Source: Chiloscyllium plagiosum
Taxonomy: Eukaryota
Reading direction: 5' to 3'
Assembly: GCF_004010195.1 (NCBI RefSeq)
Contig: NC_057755.1
Location: 3,398,962 to 3,462,961, forward strand
Length of the DNA stretch: 64,000 nucleotides
In this document: piece by piece, positions 60,789-64,000 of the stretch
How the letters are laid out: each line of letters starts with the position of its first letter
Numbering within the stretch: the first letter of the stretch is position 1
Position numbers and translations under genes: made by a program
Notes under the pieces: model-generated
Seen by the model: only the letters and a program-made list of their open reading frames with translations
What the model was told of the DNA's origin: nothing
Databases searched by the model: none

Positions 60789-63589
60789 CTGGAAGAAAGA
60801 GAAAGGAAAAAAAGTGACTTGAAGTTATTGATCGAACATTATCCCTGCCTGAGCCCAGATTGTGAGTAATGACACAAAAATATCTTTTGCTTCATGTCAT
60901 ATGAAGTTGAAATCATCTGAACCACACTCTCTAAACGAATCACTTGTAGTTTTGGAAAAAAAGATGATGGGAAGAACAGGAGTTCTCACAGATATACAGT
61001 CATGTACCCAATATTGTTTTAGGCTCGGCGTTGGATAAATTCACTTGCTTTATGAGTGACTCAGACTGGCTGGAGTTTCCCATAAGACCATAGCATCCAC
61101 ACAGTGATAACTGATCACAGGAAAACAATGGGAGAGACCTATCATGGACATTGATTACAAAATTGTGTATTCGGTTTCGGTGTCTCAGTAATGCTTCCAG
61201 AATTATATAATCATGCTTTATGAACTTTAACAGAGGACATTGAATCAGTCCACAGTGTCTCAGAATGGATGAACAAATGATCAGGCATTGAGTGCCTCCA
61301 TTGTGTACACCTTTAAACATCCTGACAATCTGCACAATGAGTGGGTACCCATCACAATCATAAGAATGCGAATATTTGGCAGCTGTCCAAGATTGTATAA
61401 AATAGCTCCCAAACAAATAAACCCTGAATCCATGCGGCATTGCAACTTTCAATTTAAGAATCAGACATTTTACCTGAGATTAAGCAAAATTTCCTGCCCA
61501 GGCTAACACACTAAGTTTCTCTCCTTGGCTTTCACCTTGTGAATAGAGATCCCCCTCCCAGACTTGGAGCACACACTGGAACTAGAAAACCCCATGGTTT
61601 CACCAGCTATCACTACGGAGATTACCAGTATTGTACAGAGCAGAACATGTTCACGTGGGCCATTGAGTCTGGAACGATAGTCCGAAGTGCATCCCACAGA
61701 TCCTCCCTAACCTCATGGATGTGTTTATTTTTCAGCATGGCAGGTAAGGGAAAATGTGCAAACTCTGCACGGACAGTCACCGAAGAGTGAAAATGTAACT
61801 GGGTCTCTGGTGCTGTGAGGCAGGAATGCTAATCACTGTGTCACAGCGCCACACTTAAATCACTATGATTGAGGCCAATGTTAAAGATTAGGTGAGACAA
61901 TGGCCTAATGGCTTTTTCACTACACTGTTAATTGAAAGACTTAGGTTTTTTTCTGGGAAGCTGGAGTTGGCATTCGCCATGGCAGATGGGGGAATTTTAT
62001 TTCAATAAAAATCTGGATTTAAGAGTCTAATTGTCAGAAAAAGAAGTCACTAAAATCCTTTTGGGATGGTAATCTGCCATCCTTACCTGTTCTGGCTTAC
62101 ATATGACTCCAGACTCAGGGCAATCTGGTTGGGCAATTAGGGAAGGATGCTAAGTGTCGGCTAAGACAGTGATACCCACATTTCTTCGATGAATAAATGA
62201 AAATGCAGCTTCCCAAGCACAGCCAACTTCCCAGTGCAAATGAATGATATCTTTTTAGACCATGCCCTGGGATTGGATATCTCTGCACTGAGTCCACTGT
62301 CACAAATATGAACTGACTCATTTCAGGATTCATCGATTTTCAAAGATAAGGTGCCTTTCCCTTGTAGTTACCTGGAGGAAGGAACACAAACACATCGATC
62401 ACTATCCAACACAGGCAACCAAGGCAAAAGGACCTGTCTCCTGGCTTTGAGACCAGCAGGAGTTGGGAAATTCATTGGACTCAACAAAGTAAAGAATGAG
62501 TCCGATTATCAACTCGGGTAGCTGATGCCCAGAATTCAGCAGAACTTCAGCACCAAGTATCCAGCCTTTCACCTTAAACATTTCTTCCACTGTCAGTTTT
62601 ATGGGACATTCCCTTGAACACAATCCACTGCCTGCGTTCACAGATAACCTCTTGAAGATTTGGGAATTGTAATTATTTTTAAATGTGCACATGGTATGTG
62701 AGATTTATTGGTTAGGGCAGTGATCAATATCCTTTCATGTGTACACTTTATTGTGCCTTTATGAACATCTGCATCCTCTGTGGTACAGGAAATCCCACAC
62801 TCTTTTTGTGGGAGATTTGCAGAACTTTCTCCCAGCAAGAGTGATGGAATGGCAATGCATTTGACAGTTAGAATGATATCTAGCTTGAAAAGGAACTTCC
62901 GTGTGATGTTCTTTTCTATGCTTCTGCAGCCCTTTTGCATCTCGCGGCTGGAGGCCATGGGTTTGCAAGGAGCTGCAGAGACAGACTTGGACTGTGACTA
63001 TTTCCATCCTGTGGAAGGTATCTTTTGCTCATCTCGCATGTTATTGGTGAAGGGAATGAGTACTCATTGTGGTGATGTGCAATATCAATCAAGCTGCTGG
63101 TTGTCCTGCACAAAGTGGAGCCTTGTGAGTCTTTGTACTCAGTGTTGCATTTGAGCTGCACTCAGTTAGATACATGAGGAGAATTCCAACCCACCCATGA
63201 TCTATGCTATCTACATGATGCACTGGCAGGCAGAGTATTCAGTGATGAGAGTGTTTGGTGTATGCCTGTGGCCACAGTACTTGCATGCTTGGACGAGCTC
63301 GTTCTCTTGACAAGGGTTGACCCAGGCTGTTGATAGTCTTGCATTCAGTGATAGCAATGGGAAGGTAAGCCAATCGAAAATTGGTAGATTCTCACCTTTT
63401 GAAATGTTCATTGCCTGCTGCTTGTGGGAGGCGAATGATACTTGTCAATTACCAGTCCAAGCAAGACGTTGTACATGGACACAGACCTCTTTATTGCCTC
63501 CTGATAAATACATGGTGATGAATATTATACTACCTTAAGAAATCATCTCTAATTTGGAAATTACAATATATGAATGGGCATTCATGAAG

Positions 63590-63740
63590 CATCCCTCTTT
63601 ATGGGCATTTAAACGGGCATTGGATAGGCATATGGAGGATAGTTGGCTAGTGTAGGTTAGGTGTGCTTGGATCGGTGCAACATCGAGTGCCAAAGGGCCT
63701 GTACTGCGCTGTATTTTTCTATGTTTTATGTTCTATGTTC
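63590..63740 (+). mobile_element. CR1 3' terminal fragment
   Basis: AFKRALDRHM followed by aagggcctgtactgcgctgta and a (ttctatg)n tail. Confidence 0.8.
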
Positions 63741-64000
63741 ATCTAAAGAATTGGGGCTGAGCATATAACCCTAAAGAATTCCTGCAGAGATATGAGACAA
63801 CTGAGATGGCTGACGTCCAGCAGCCATAAACATGCTCATCTGTCGCCAGGATGAAAACGAACAGAGCTGTCATCTGGTTGACACCAGTTTTTTGAGGACT
63901 TATTGTTGGAAACATAACACATCTATCCGGAATTTTATTGAAATAATATTGATACTCTTACATTCTCACTTTATTAAATACATCACATCTGCTTATCTCT

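Noticed and set aside
62366..62420. Candidate exon 1 of the minus-strand GPCR (cctccag|gtaac)
   Set aside because: The translation does not resemble ILAVVGIP and no suitable ATG frame was evident; exon 1 probably lies outside the window or is lost.

Overview
Repeat-rich eukaryotic genomic DNA, almost certainly from a cartilaginous fish (shark). The evidence is many HE1-type tRNA-derived V-SINEs, CR1 LINEs, Penelope-like elements and GPR139-like receptor genes; the taxon is inferred. Two 500-N gaps (28078-28577, 52050-52549) split the window into three blocks. Block 1 holds a multi-exon MS4A/CD20-family gene that the ORF track does not resolve. I assembled four coding exons by hand (1449-1490, 4347-4460, 12526-12582, 17391-17516; all introns phase 0; TM1-TM3) but did not find the TM4 exon. 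Three minisatellites in or near this gene each derive from a different retroposon motif. Blocks 2-3 hold a GPR139-like class A GPCR cluster in birth-and-death turnover: one intact two-exon gene (317 aa), one paralog with a single nonsense codon, and one truncated fragment. Penelope termini carrying minimal hammerhead-ribozyme motifs occur throughout. Several are discrete 110-130 bp inserts with 12-13 bp target-site duplications, and others are fold-back pairs. Most ORFs in the supplied track are spurious or TE-derived. There is no CRISPR array or prokaryotic system. TE boundaries are read by eye and approximate.
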